Source: Myxococcota bacterium
GTDB taxonomy: Bacteria > Myxococcota_A > Polyangia > Polyangiales > Sandaracinaceae
NCBI GenBank assembly: GCA_036149055.1
Contig: JAYZQJ010000260.1
Location: 1 to 49,523, forward strand
Direction of reading: 5' to 3'
DNA length: 49,523 nt
Both the position numbers and the translations under genes were made by a program. The notes under the pieces are model-generated. The model saw nothing but the letters and a program-made list of their open reading frames with translations, was not told the DNA's origin and did not search any database. This document shows, piece by piece, positions 29,580-39,666 of the stretch. The stretch's first letter is position 1. Each line of letters begins with the position of its first letter.

Positions 29580-32416
29580 GCGCCCTCTCCTCCGCCCACC
29601 GCGCCGTACGCGCCGGAGCGCGGCGGAGGCGCCTGGGTCGTGCTGGGCGGCGGCCGCAGGCTGCGCTGCGCCTCCTTGCCCTCGCGGAGGGCGTCCAGCG
29701 CGGCCGCGAACGCCGCCTTGTCGAGGGCCTTCATCATCGCGTCCTGGGGATCGACCGTGCCGGTCTTCACCAGCCGGACCAGGTGATCGTCCATCAGCTG
29801 CATGCCGACCTCGGCGTGGGTCGTCATCACCGAGGGGAGCTGGAACGCCTTGTCCTTGCGGAGGAGGTTCGAGACCGCGTCGTTGTTCAGCAGCACCTCG
29901 CAGGCGAGGACTCGCCGCTCCTCGTCGTCCGAGCGGCGCAGCAGCTGCTGGCAGAGCACGGCCCGCAGGGACTCGGCGACCATCGAGCGGATCACCGGCT
30001 GCCGGGACGCTTCGCAGGCGTGGATGAGGCGGTCGAGGCTCGTGGCCGCGCTCGTGGTGTGCACGGTGGCGAAGACCAGGTGGCCGGTCTCGGCGGCGTT
30101 GACCGCGAACTCGATGGTCTCGCGATCGCGCAGCTCGCCCACCAGGATCACGTCCGGGTCCTGTCGCAGGGTGGCCCGCAGCGCGGCGGCGAAGGTCGGG
30201 GCGTGGGTGCCGACCTCGCGCTGGTTGATCAGGCTCTCCTTCTGCGGGTGCACGACCTCGACCGGATCCTCGATGGTCACGATGTGCCGGCCGTGGTGGG
30301 TGTTGATGTAGTCGATCAGCGCGGCGAGCGTGGTGGACTTGCCGGAGCCGGTGGGGCCGCCGACGAGCACGAGGCCGTTGGGGAAGTCGGCGAAGGTCTT
30401 CACCACGTCGGGCAGCCCCAGCTCGTCGAGCTTGGGCACGTGCTGATGGATCCGCCGGAACACCGCGCTGAGCCCGGGCAGCTGCCGGAAGACGTTGATG
30501 CGGTAGCGGAGGTCGAAGCCCGGCACGTCGTAGGAGAGGTCGACGTCGCCGCCCTCCTCGAGCTGCGCGCGCTGCGTCTCGGTGAGGAGCGGGATCAGCA
30601 TGCGCTCCATCTCGAGCGGGGAGACGGTGCCCTTGCTGATCGGCGTGACGCTGCCGAGGTGCTTCACGTACGGCGGCCGGCCGGGGCTCAGCAAGAGATC
30701 GTCGGCGCCCTTGCGGGAGGCGGCCACGAGCAGCCGATCGAGCAGCCCGACCGCCGCGTCGTCGCTCTCCGCCGCGACCTGCCAGCGCTCCAGGATCTTG
30801 CGCGCCGCCTGGGCGACGCTCGGCTCGTCGTCGTGCACGCAGGCCTGCACGTAGAAGGACGCCTCCCGGCCCCGGCGCAGGCGACCGAGCGTCTCGACCA
30901 TCGCGAGCCGGACCGCGGCGTCTTCGTCGGAGGTGAGCTCGGCCAGGGCCAGCAGCTCCCGCTCCGCGCCGAGGCCCCCGAGCGCCTCCAGGCAGGCCAC
31001 CCTCAGATCCGGTCGCTCCCGGACGAGCATCTCCAGGTAGGGCACGGCGCGCTCGTCGCGCAGCTCCCCCACCGCGAGCAGCGCCTGCTCCCGGACCCAC
31101 CAGTCGTCGTCGGTGACCGCGGTCCGGAGCATCGCGCCGAGGGTCGCCGGATCCTGCAGCCGGAGCAGGCCGTAGACCGCGTAGCGCCGGATCACCGGCG
31201 ACGGATCGGCGAGCAGCTCGACCAGCCCGTCCGCGAGGGCGGCGAAGCCCATCTCCACGATGGCGTCCAGCACGCGCTCCCGGACCCACCAGTCCTCGTC
31301 CCGCAGGGCGCTCAGCAGCTCGCGCGTCAGGTCGTCCGTCGTCTCGGTGGTGGTCGGCGCGAGCTGGGCGGCGGCGCGGCGGACGTGAGGCAGCGGGCTC
31401 GCCAACAGCCGCAGGAGGAGGCGCGCGACGTCGACGGTGCCCGAGCGGCCGAGCTGCGTGAGCGCCTCCGAGGCGGTGCGCCGCACGGTGGGGTCCTCCT
31501 GGTGCAGCGCCTCGACCAGGCCGTCGATCACCCGGTCGCCGCCGATCTGCTCCAGGGCCCGCAGCGCCGCGAGCTGCACGGGCACCGGGCCGCGCCGGAG
31601 CCGGGTCGTCAGGAGCTTGGCCGTGCGCTCGCTCTTGACCGCGCCGAGCGCCTCGACCAGGACCGGGCTGACGTCGGGCGACTCCAGGCGCGGCGCGAGC
31701 GCCTCGACGAAGCGATCCTCGTCGGCGAGCCGGGCGAAGGCGTCGAAGGCGGCCTGGGCCACCCGCGGATCGCGGTCGTCGACCGCGCCGAACACCACAC
31801 CGATCGCGCGCTCGAGGCCGCCGCTCATCGCCTTCGGGTCGCCGACCAGCGCGACCGCGCGCAGCTTGTCCGGCGTGTTGCCGTGCCGCAGCACCGCCTC
31901 GATCAGATCGAGGGCGCGATGCCGGGCCTTCGGCACGAGCACGTCGAGGGCCTCGCGTCGGCCGCCGAAGGCGGGCCGGGACACGAGCTGGGTGAGCACC
32001 CGCAGCGCGCTCGGCCCGGCGATCGGCTCGAGCACCGCCGCGGCGACCGCGCGCGCGTCGGGGTCGCTCGAGCCGAGCACCTCGCAGAGCACGTCGTGGC
32101 GCCCGACGTCGTTGCACTTGGGCAGCGCGGCCGCGATCGCCCGGCGCAGCATCGGGTCGGCGCGCTCGAGCGCCCGCGCGAGCGGCACGAAGAGCGAGGG
32201 ATCGGCCGAGGCGAGGCAGATGTTCTTCAGCGCCGAGCAGCGGTTCTTGTGGAACGGCCCGGCCGCGTCGACCGAGGGATCGAGCAGCACCTCGAGCAGC
32301 GCCTGCACGTCGCGCTTCGACGCCGGGGCCGCCTCCTCGACGAAGGCGCGCAGCTCGTCGACGGAGCGCCACGGCGCGTCCCTCATCTCGCGAAGCTGCT
32401 TGCGGCCCACCCCCAT
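29576..32416 (-). CDS. HEAT-repeat-PilT/PilU-family ATPase fusion
   Basis: About 550 aa of HEAT_2-like repeats (DEDWWVRERV, DPSPVIRRYA, DDDWWVREQA, DEDAAVRLAM), then full PilT domain: ADDLLL, RYRINVF, GPTGSGKST, TIEDPVE, LRQDPDVILVGELRD, ETGHLVFATVH, AVSNLLRK. Confidence 0.93.
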   Translation of the reverse strand: MGVGRKQLREMRDAPWRSVDELRAFVEEAAPASKRDVQALLEVLLDPSVDAAGPFHKNRCSALKNICLASADPSLFVPLARALERADPMLRRAIAAALPKCNDVGRHDVLCEVLGSSDPDARAVAAAVLEPIAGPSALRVLTQLVSRPAFGGRREALDVLVPKARHRALDLIEAVLRHGNTPDKLRAVALVGDPKAMSGGLERAIGVVFGAVDDRDPRVAQAAFDAFARLADEDRFVEALAPRLESPDVSPVLVEALGAVKSERTAKLLTTRLRRGPVPVQLAALRALEQIGGDRVIDGLVEALHQEDPTVRRTASEALTQLGRSGTVDVARLLLRLLASPLPHVRRAAAQLAPTTTETTDDLTRELLSALRDEDWWVRERVLDAIVEMGFAALADGLVELLADPSPVIRRYAVYGLLRLQDPATLGAMLRTAVTDDDWWVREQALLAVGELRDERAVPYLEMLVRERPDLRVACLEALGGLGAERELLALAELTSDEDAAVRLAMVETLGRLRRGREASFYVQACVHDDEPSVAQAARKILERWQVAAESDDAAVGLLDRLLVAASRKGADDLLLSPGRPPYVKHLGSVTPISKGTVSPLEMERMLIPLLTETQRAQLEEGGDVDLSYDVPGFDLRYRINVFRQLPGLSAVFRRIHQHVPKLDELGLPDVVKTFADFPNGLVLVGGPTGSGKSTTLAALIDYINTHHGRHIVTIEDPVEVVHPQKESLINQREVGTHAPTFAAALRATLRQDPDVILVGELRDRETIEFAVNAAETGHLVFATVHTTSAATSLDRLIHACEASRQPVIRSMVAESLRAVLCQQLLRRSDDEERRVLACEVLLNNDAVSNLLRKDKAFQLPSVMTTHAEVGMQLMDDHLVRLVKTGTVDPQDAMMKALDKAAFAAALDALREGKEAQRSLRPPPSTTQAPPPRSGAYGAVGGGEGA

Positions 32417-32460
32417 GAGCGAGGGAGCTTATCGCAGCTCGTCGCGTTCTGCCCCGTCCC

Positions 32461-33486
32461 TCAACGGTCGTTCTCTGACCGCTCTTCGGGCGGGCACGAG
32501 CCGCGGTGTCGATGCGGTCGGCCGGGGCAGGTCATCGACGCCCGGAAGGTCTCGCCGTCGCAGCTGCAGAACCGCTGGGTGTCGGCCACGCAGCGCTCGG
32601 GCGGCCGGCCGCACGTCCACTCGCCGCCGCAGCCCTCGGGCCCCTGGCAGACCTCGCCCCGCGGGCAGTCCCGGTTCGACGTGCAGGTCGCCGGCGCGGG
32701 CTCCGGCGCAGGGCTCGGCGGCGGCGTGGGTCTCGGCTGCGGCTGCGGCGTGGGTCTCGGCTGTGGCTGTGGCTGCGGCTGCGGTCGCGGCTGGGGTCTC
32801 GGCTGCGGCTGCGGTCTCGGCTGCGGAGCGGGCGGCGGCTCGGCCTCGGCGACCGGCTCGGGCGCCGGCTCGTCTCCCGGGCAGTAGCCGCGGTGCGCGA
32901 GCGGCCGGCCGGGGCAGGTCTCGCTCGCCTCGAACGTCTCGCCGTCGCAGCTGCAGAAGCGCGCCTCTCGGCGGGCGCAGCGCGGGCGCATCCGGCCCCG
33001 GCGCACGCAGGTCCAGAACGTCGCGCAGCCGGGCGCGCCGGCGCAGACCCAGCCGCGCGGGCAGTCGTCGGCGCTGGTGCAGATCCGGTTGCCCTCGACC
33101 GTGTCCTGGGAGACGTCGACCTCCTCGCCGAGCGACTCGCAGGGGCCCACGTGCTGATAGGCTCGCCCCGGGCAGTTCTCGAGCGCGTAGAACGTCATCG
33201 CGTCGCAGCCGCAGTAGGCCACGGTGTCCTCGCCGCACTCCCGCGCCGGGCCGCAGGCGAAGTCCGCGTCGCAGCCCGCGGGGCCGCGGCAGTGGCCGCC
33301 CTCGCAGTCCTCGCTCCGCTCGCAGGCCGGTCCGTCGGGGGTCGCGTCCTCCTCGAGCGCCGGGGGCTCCGGCTCGGGCTCCGGCTCGGGGGCCGGGGCG
33401 GGAGGCGGCGGCGGCTCGGGCGGAGGCGGCGGAGGCGCGCTCGCGCACCCGGCGAGCACGAGCGACAGGACGACGACGACGCGCAT
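32461..33486 (-). CDS. Lipoprotein with three 10-Cys Kazal-like repeats and Pro-rich linkers
   Basis: LVLAGC lipobox; three units each with C(G/S)CDxxTF..CPGR..H.G.C; (PQPR/PQPQ)n linker. Confidence 0.85.
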   Translation of the reverse strand: MRVVVVLSLVLAGCASAPPPPPPEPPPPPAPAPEPEPEPEPPALEEDATPDGPACERSEDCEGGHCRGPAGCDADFACGPARECGEDTVAYCGCDAMTFYALENCPGRAYQHVGPCESLGEEVDVSQDTVEGNRICTSADDCPRGWVCAGAPGCATFWTCVRRGRMRPRCARREARFCSCDGETFEASETCPGRPLAHRGYCPGDEPAPEPVAEAEPPPAPQPRPQPQPRPQPRPQPQPQPQPRPTPQPQPRPTPPPSPAPEPAPATCTSNRDCPRGEVCQGPEGCGGEWTCGRPPERCVADTQRFCSCDGETFRASMTCPGRPHRHRGSCPPEERSENDR

Positions 33487-33546
33487 GCGGGCCGGAGCAT
33501 ACGCGGACCGCGCGTGTGCTGTCTTCGATGCGCGCTATGGTCCCGC

Positions 33547-34257
33547 ATGTCCGCCGGCGAGCAGCCCGATCTCTTCGACGACGACGTGGTGGTCCTCACC
33601 GCGCCGGTCGACGAGGGGCACATCGCGCGCCTGACCGAGCGGGAGCGCGAGGCGGTCGCCAAGGCGTCGATCAAGCGCCAGCGGGAGTTCGCCACCGCCC
33701 GGGTGCTCGCCCGCGACGCGCTCGCCCGGATCGGCGTCGAGGGCTTCGAGGTCCTCAACCGCGAGGACCGCTCGCCGATCTGGCCCGACGGCGTCGCCGG
33801 CAGCATCTCGCACTGCGACACCCGGGTCTTCGTGGCGGTGACCGAGCAGGCCCGGGTCGGCACCGTCGGCGTCGACGTCGAGCACCGGGACGAGCTCGCC
33901 CGGCGGCTCTGGCGGCACACCATGCTGCCCGAGGAGATCGCCTGGCTCGACGGCCGCCCCGAGGTCGAGCGGGGGCGCCTCGCGCTGACCCTCTTCACCG
34001 CCAAGGAGGCGCTCTACAAGGCGCAGTACCCCTGGTCGGAGACTTACATGGGCTTCCACGCGCTGCGGGTGGTGCTGCATCCCGGCGAGCGCCGCATCGA
34101 CTGCGTCTTCCAGCGCGACGTCGGCCCCTTCCCCGAGGGCACGGTCGTGCACGGCCGCTGGACCGAGTCGGCCACCGGAGAGCTGGTGGCCGGCGTGCAC
34201 ATCGCTCCGGGCGTGCCCGGGCCGCTCCATGCGCGGGGCGAGCCCGACGAGGCGTAG
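33547..34257 (+). CDS. 4'-phosphopantetheinyl transferase (EntD/Sfp-type)
   Basis: KRQREFATAR, PIWPDGVAGSISHC, VGVDVE, FTAKEALYKA. Confidence 0.93.
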   Translation: MSAGEQPDLFDDDVVVLTAPVDEGHIARLTEREREAVAKASIKRQREFATARVLARDALARIGVEGFEVLNREDRSPIWPDGVAGSISHCDTRVFVAVTEQARVGTVGVDVEHRDELARRLWRHTMLPEEIAWLDGRPEVERGRLALTLFTAKEALYKAQYPWSETYMGFHALRVVLHPGERRIDCVFQRDVGPFPEGTVVHGRWTESATGELVAGVHIAPGVPGPLHARGEPDEA

Positions 34258-34312
34258 GGAGAACCCCCGACACGTCCCTGCGGTGAGAATGCGTCCTCAC
34301 GGCAAGGCGCCG

Positions 34313-34327
34313 TGGCACGGATGCTGA
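34313..34327 (+). promoter_or_regulatory. Possible sigma54-type promoter with GA at -12
   Basis: TGGCACG-GATG-CTGA immediately upstream of the kinase start; non-canonical -12. Confidence 0.4.
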
Positions 34328-34340
34328 AGTCGACCGGCCC

Positions 34341-35378
<1,038 letters not shown>

Positions 35379-35381
35379 TCG

Positions 35382-36317
35382 TCAGGCGCCCCCGGCCACG
35401 CAGCGCGCGTCGCGCTCCCGCTGACACTCCCGGAACCCCGCGCTCGCCGCCGCGCAGCTCGAGGCGGCGGCGCTCTCGGCGTCGCACGTCCCGCCGAGGG
35501 CGCGGCAGCGCAAGACCGACAGCATCTCTACCGGGCACGCGTCGAAGAGGCAGCTCTGGGTCTGCACGTTCACGCAGACGGCGCAGTCGACGGGCACGGG
35601 GCCGGCCGCGGTGCCGAGCGTCGCGTTCGGGGTCTCGTCGGCGGCGAGCGCCTCGCCCTGGCAGGTCTGCGGGTCCGCGTCCTCCCGACACGCGACCACG
35701 CGCCGCCAGGTCTCGGCGCTGCAACGGGGGAGGCAGGCGCTCGGGAGCGGCGGGATCCCGCGCCCGGCCAGCGAGCAGGTGGCGGGCTCGGGCTCCGGCG
35801 CGGGCGGCGCGGGCAGGGGGCCGCGGGGCGCTCCCCCCTCCAGCCACGCCTCGATGAGCGCGAGCCCGTCCGGCGAGAGCACGCCGGCGGGGAGGTTGGT
35901 GTCCTGCGCGTGGAGGTACAGCTCGCTCTCCTCCGGCGCCCCCGGCACGACGAAGCGGCGTCCGGTGGTGAGCGAGGCGCGCTGGAGCTCCAGCCACGCC
36001 ACCTCCGCGCTCCCGAGGTAGAGGAGGAGGCCCGCTCCGTCGGGGCTGAGCTCCGGGAGGGGGCTCCCGTGGCACGCCGCGGTGGTGCACCCGGAGTCGA
36101 CGAAGAGGGGGTGGATGTCCTCGCCGTAGGTCGGCCCGCTCGCCGCGGCGTCGTCCGGCGTCGACGCGTCCCGGGGCCGCGCTGCGGCGTCCCATCGGCC
36201 CGCGTCCCGAGCGGCGGCGTCCGGAGCGGCGGCGTCCGGAGGGGTCGCGTCGAGCGGCGCGGGGTCGGCGCTGCACGAGGCGAGGGCGAGGCAAGTGAAG
36301 AGCGAGAAGCGGCGCAT
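35382..36317 (-). CDS. Lipoprotein with planctomycete-cytochrome-c-like domain (CX4CH) and Cys-rich C-terminus
   Basis: LALASC lipobox; PTYGEDIHPLF..GCTTAACHG..VVPGAPEESELY..IEAWLEGGAP; C-terminal multi-Cys helical region. Confidence 0.78.
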   Translation of the reverse strand: MRRFSLFTCLALASCSADPAPLDATPPDAAAPDAAARDAGRWDAAARPRDASTPDDAAASGPTYGEDIHPLFVDSGCTTAACHGSPLPELSPDGAGLLLYLGSAEVAWLELQRASLTTGRRFVVPGAPEESELYLHAQDTNLPAGVLSPDGLALIEAWLEGGAPRGPLPAPPAPEPEPATCSLAGRGIPPLPSACLPRCSAETWRRVVACREDADPQTCQGEALAADETPNATLGTAAGPVPVDCAVCVNVQTQSCLFDACPVEMLSVLRCRALGGTCDAESAAASSCAAASAGFRECQRERDARCVAGGA

Positions 36318-36333
36318 CGTGAACGACCTCCGC

Positions 36334-36366
36334 CCCACAGTGCGCCCCGGCCCCGGAACGGCTCAC
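36334..36366 (-). promoter_or_regulatory. Putative ECF promoter (leftward): GTGAGCCGTTC-N11-CGCACTGTGGG
   Basis: Two 11-bp boxes identical to those of the rightward copy at 36378-36411. Confidence 0.7.
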
Positions 36367-36377
36367 CGGATCTTCGT

Positions 36378-36411
36378 GTGAGCCGTTCTTGGGGGGCTCC
36401 CGCACTGTGGG
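36378..36411 (+). promoter_or_regulatory. Putative ECF promoter (rightward): GTGAGCCGTTC-N12-CGCACTGTGGG
   Basis: Inverted copy of 36334-36366; precedes the operon containing the ECF sigma factor. Confidence 0.7.
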
Positions 36412-36509
36412 TGATCTCCGCCGCCGCGGTGGTGGAGATGACCCACCGATGGACACGCGCCCCTCACGAGCTACCTCGTGCCGGGCGGTCTCGACCTGGA
36501 GTCGCTGTT

Positions 36510-38582
36510 TTGAAGGAGCTCACAGTCTTCGTCGCCGCGCTGGCGGCGCTCTCGCCGGGGTGCAGCGAGTCGATCACCGTGATCGTGCCCGTCGCCGACG
36601 GCGGCGCGCCCGCTCGAGACGCGGGCCCGGCCCCCGACGCAGGGCGCGCGTGGTCTTGCCGGGTGGACGAGGGGGCCGCGTGGACGGAGCTGCCGCCGGT
36701 GGCCACCGCGGGGCGCGCGCTCGGCCCGCTCACCTTCGCGATCGCGGCCCGGGCGGCGGACGACGTGCTCGTCGGGGGCTTCGACCTGCTGGTCCGCTTC
36801 GACGGCGCGCGGCTCGTCGACGTGCCCCGCGCCGGCCTGCCGTCCTCCCCTCACATCGGCGCCGTGGGCTGGCACGCGGGCGAGCCGTACGTGGGCCTCG
36901 ACGGCGGCCGGCCGAACGTCTTCCGGTGGGACGGCTCGAGCTGGATCGCGGAGCCGCCGCTGCCGGCGCCCGCGGCGCGCTTCTTCTCGCGCGGCGGCGC
37001 CCTGCTCGCCTTCGACCGCACGCGGCTGCACCGGCTCACCGCCGAGGGCTGGGTGTCTCTCTTCGAGGCGGGGGTGACCGACGTCGTCGAGACGGATGGC
37101 TTCGTCTACGCGGTCGAGCGCGGCCGGGAGCCCCGGGTGCAGCGCAGCGCGGACGGGGTCGCCTGGGAGGTCGTGCCCGCCGAGGCGCCGATCGGCGTCG
37201 ACCTCGCGGCCGGCGGCGGCCGGGTCTACGCGATCCCCTTCGAGGCCGGCGCGCCGCTGGTGCTCGACGAGTCGGGCTCGGCGCCCGCGTTCCGGCGCAG
37301 CCCGCACGACGGCGCCGGGGTGCGGCTCGAGTGGGTGGGCGCCACCGGCCGCGTGATCGGCCAGCGCGACGGCGGCATGTTCCTCGCCGACGCCTGGGGC
37401 GGCGAGTGGAGGCCGGCGCCGCTCCTGGCGCCGCGTCGAGACACCAACGGGCTCGCCAGCTTCTGGGACTTCGCCGCGCTCGGCGACGACGTGGTGGCGA
37501 TCTCGATGACCGAGGATCGGAGCGAGGCGCGCCTGCTCGTCTCCCGGGCCGGGGCCCCGTTCACGCTCCTCGAGGAGGCGTCCGAGCCCACGACGGTGCG
37601 CGGCATCGCCAGCGACGGCCAGCGGCTCGTGAGCCTGGCCCGCGACGCGCGCGGCGCGCTGCGGCTCTACCGCTGGACCGGGGAGGGCTGGGAGGAGCGC
37701 GGCGAAGGCCTGCCTCGCACCCCGGGCGGCGCCGCCGACTACGAGGGCGTCCTCGGCACCGAGGGGGGCCTCCTCACCCGCCCCGGCCCCGGGGCGCAGC
37801 ACGCGCCGTTCTTCTCGGACGACGGCGCCGAGACCTGGCGGGAGCTCGACCGGGGCTTCCCGACCTTCGCCAGCGCGGTGGGCCTCGCCTACCGAGACGT
37901 CGGCGCCTTCACGATCGACGCGGAGGGGCGCCTCGTGGTCGGCACGATCGGGGGGCCGACGTCGCTGTCGACGGGATCCGGGGCCCGCACCGGGCGGCTC
38001 CCGGGATCCGGGGTCTGGAGGGCCGCGCCGGGCGAGCCGTGGCACCCGCTCAACGCGGGCTTCCCGGTGGAGCGCGGCCCGGAGGGGCTCCGGGGACCTC
38101 CGTTCCGCGCCGACGTGGCGACCGTCGTCCGGACCGCCTCGGGGCTGCTCGCCTGGCCGACGCCGTCGCCGCCTCGCGCGGTGACCTACGGGGTGCTCGG
38201 GCTCGTGGGCGATCGCTGGGTCCCGGACGCGGTCGGGCTGCCCTGGGGGGCGGACGTCGCGCTGATCGAGGTCGGCGACCTCGCGGCGGCCCGGGTCGAC
38301 GGGAGCGTCTTCGTGCGAGGCCTGTCCGGCGCGTGGCGCCCTCGCTCGGCGCCCGCCGCGGTCGAGGTCTGGGGCTCGCTCGAGGGGCTCCTCTTCGTCT
38401 CGACGGCGTCCGGCGCCTTCGTCTCGGGCGACGCCGGCGAGGGCTGGGCGGCGCTCCCCCCGCTCGACGACCGCGTGGTGCAGATGGCCCTGGACCGGCG
38501 CGGGGAGGAGGGCGGGCTGACCGTGCGCGCCTCGTCGCACCGGCTCTACCGGCTCCCGATCCGCTGCGGGGGTGAGCGATGA
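36510..38582 (+). CDS. Secreted beta-propeller lipoprotein with BNR/Asp-box-like repeats
   Basis: GGAG RBS + TTG start; ALAALSPGC; SADGVAW, SDDGAETW, SGDAGEGW, FRWDGSSW repeats. Confidence 0.8.
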   Translation: MKELTVFVAALAALSPGCSESITVIVPVADGGAPARDAGPAPDAGRAWSCRVDEGAAWTELPPVATAGRALGPLTFAIAARAADDVLVGGFDLLVRFDGARLVDVPRAGLPSSPHIGAVGWHAGEPYVGLDGGRPNVFRWDGSSWIAEPPLPAPAARFFSRGGALLAFDRTRLHRLTAEGWVSLFEAGVTDVVETDGFVYAVERGREPRVQRSADGVAWEVVPAEAPIGVDLAAGGGRVYAIPFEAGAPLVLDESGSAPAFRRSPHDGAGVRLEWVGATGRVIGQRDGGMFLADAWGGEWRPAPLLAPRRDTNGLASFWDFAALGDDVVAISMTEDRSEARLLVSRAGAPFTLLEEASEPTTVRGIASDGQRLVSLARDARGALRLYRWTGEGWEERGEGLPRTPGGAADYEGVLGTEGGLLTRPGPGAQHAPFFSDDGAETWRELDRGFPTFASAVGLAYRDVGAFTIDAEGRLVVGTIGGPTSLSTGSGARTGRLPGSGVWRAAPGEPWHPLNAGFPVERGPEGLRGPPFRADVATVVRTASGLLAWPTPSPPRAVTYGVLGLVGDRWVPDAVGLPWGADVALIEVGDLAAARVDGSVFVRGLSGAWRPRSAPAAVEVWGSLEGLLFVSTASGAFVSGDAGEGWAALPPLDDRVVQMALDRRGEEGGLTVRASSHRLYRLPIRCGGER

Positions 38583-39037
38583 GGGCGACCCTCTGGCTCG
38601 CCATCGCGGTCGCGGCGACCGGGTGTCGATCGCACGAGGTGATCGTCGCGCCCGACGGGGGCGGACCGGACGCTCGCGTCGCCGCCTCGGACGGCGGACC
38701 CGACGCCGCCGCGGACGCGGGGACGCGGCGCGAGCCGGTGGGCGGCAGCGAGTGCGATCAACAAGATCACTGCGACACCTGCGCGACGTGCTCGGTCGCC
38801 CCGCGCCAGGTCTGCAACGCGGTCGCGCTCGCCTGCGAGGAGCGGCCCGCGTGCCTCCGGCTGCTGGAGTGTCTCCACGGCTGCCCGGACGACGAGCCGA
38901 GCTGCGCCCGCGCCTGCGCCGAGGCCTCCCCCGAGGGCCGGGAGGGCGTGCTCGCGCTCCAGCGCTGCCTGGCCTGCGACGCCTGCCCGGCCGACTGCCG
39001 GGACCACCGCGCGTGGTGCGTGGAGCCGCCGATATGA
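38579..39037 (+). CDS. Small Cys-rich lipoprotein
   Basis: AVAATGC lipobox; CDTCATC, CLECLHGC-like and CLACDACPADC clusters; ATGA overlaps on both sides. Confidence 0.85.
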   Translation: MRATLWLAIAVAATGCRSHEVIVAPDGGGPDARVAASDGGPDAAADAGTRREPVGGSECDQQDHCDTCATCSVAPRQVCNAVALACEERPACLRLLECLHGCPDDEPSCARACAEASPEGREGVLALQRCLACDACPADCRDHRAWCVEPPI

Positions 39038-39666
39038 GCGCGACCCGACGCGCGGCGCCTCGCCTCCGGCTCGTCTCGGACGGGCCGCCGAAGGGCGCCG
39101 AACGGGGGGCCGCGCCGAGCGACGCGCAACTCCTCGCGGGCCTCGCGCGGGGGGATCGCGCGTGCGCCGACGCCATGTACGACCGGTACGCGGCGGACGC
39201 GGAGCGCATGCTCGTGAGGCTGTGCGGTCAGGGGCCGGAGATCGCCGACCTGCTGCACGACGTCTTTCTCCGGGCGTTCGAGCGAGCCCACACCATCCGC
39301 GACCCCGCGGCGCTCCGGTCGTGGATCGTGAGCGTGGCGGTGAGGCGCGCCCGGGAGCACCTCCGCCGGGTCGCGCGCAGCCGCCCTCGCCTCGACGAGG
39401 TGCCGCCCGCGCAGGCCGCCGCGCGCGATCCCGAGGCGTCCCTCGCCGTGCGGCGCGTGTACCAGCTGCTCGATCGCCTGCCGCCCGATGACCGCATCGC
39501 GTTCGCCCTCCGCCAGATCGAGGGGATGAAGCTGACCGAGGTGGCGGAGGTCTGCGGCGTGTCCCTGGCGACCGCGAAGCGGCGCATCAAGCGAGGGAGC
39601 GCTCGCTTCCGGGAGATGGCGCAGCGCGACGAGCTGCTCGCGACCTGGATGGGGGAGGACCGATGA
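39034..39666 (+). CDS. ECF RNA polymerase sigma factor
   Basis: DAQLLAGL..GD..MYDRY, ADLLHDVFLRAF, LRSWIVSVAVR (region 2); LDRLPPDDRIAFALRQIEGMKLTEVAEVCGVSLATAKRRI (region 4). Confidence 0.93.
   Translation: MSATRRAAPRLRLVSDGPPKGAERGAAPSDAQLLAGLARGDRACADAMYDRYAADAERMLVRLCGQGPEIADLLHDVFLRAFERAHTIRDPAALRSWIVSVAVRRAREHLRRVARSRPRLDEVPPAQAAARDPEASLAVRRVYQLLDRLPPDDRIAFALRQIEGMKLTEVAEVCGVSLATAKRRIKRGSARFREMAQRDELLATWMGEDR

Noticed and set aside
28500..32372. 1290-aa ORF suggesting a giant second PilT fusion or frameshift
   Set aside because: Only the last ~359 codons (from GTG 29579) are PilT-like; the rest is an alternative frame of the HEAT-PilT gene.
33547..34257. PPTase (and the thioesterase at 23222) as markers of a biosynthetic gene cluster
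   Set aside because: No carrier protein, PKS or NRPS in the window.
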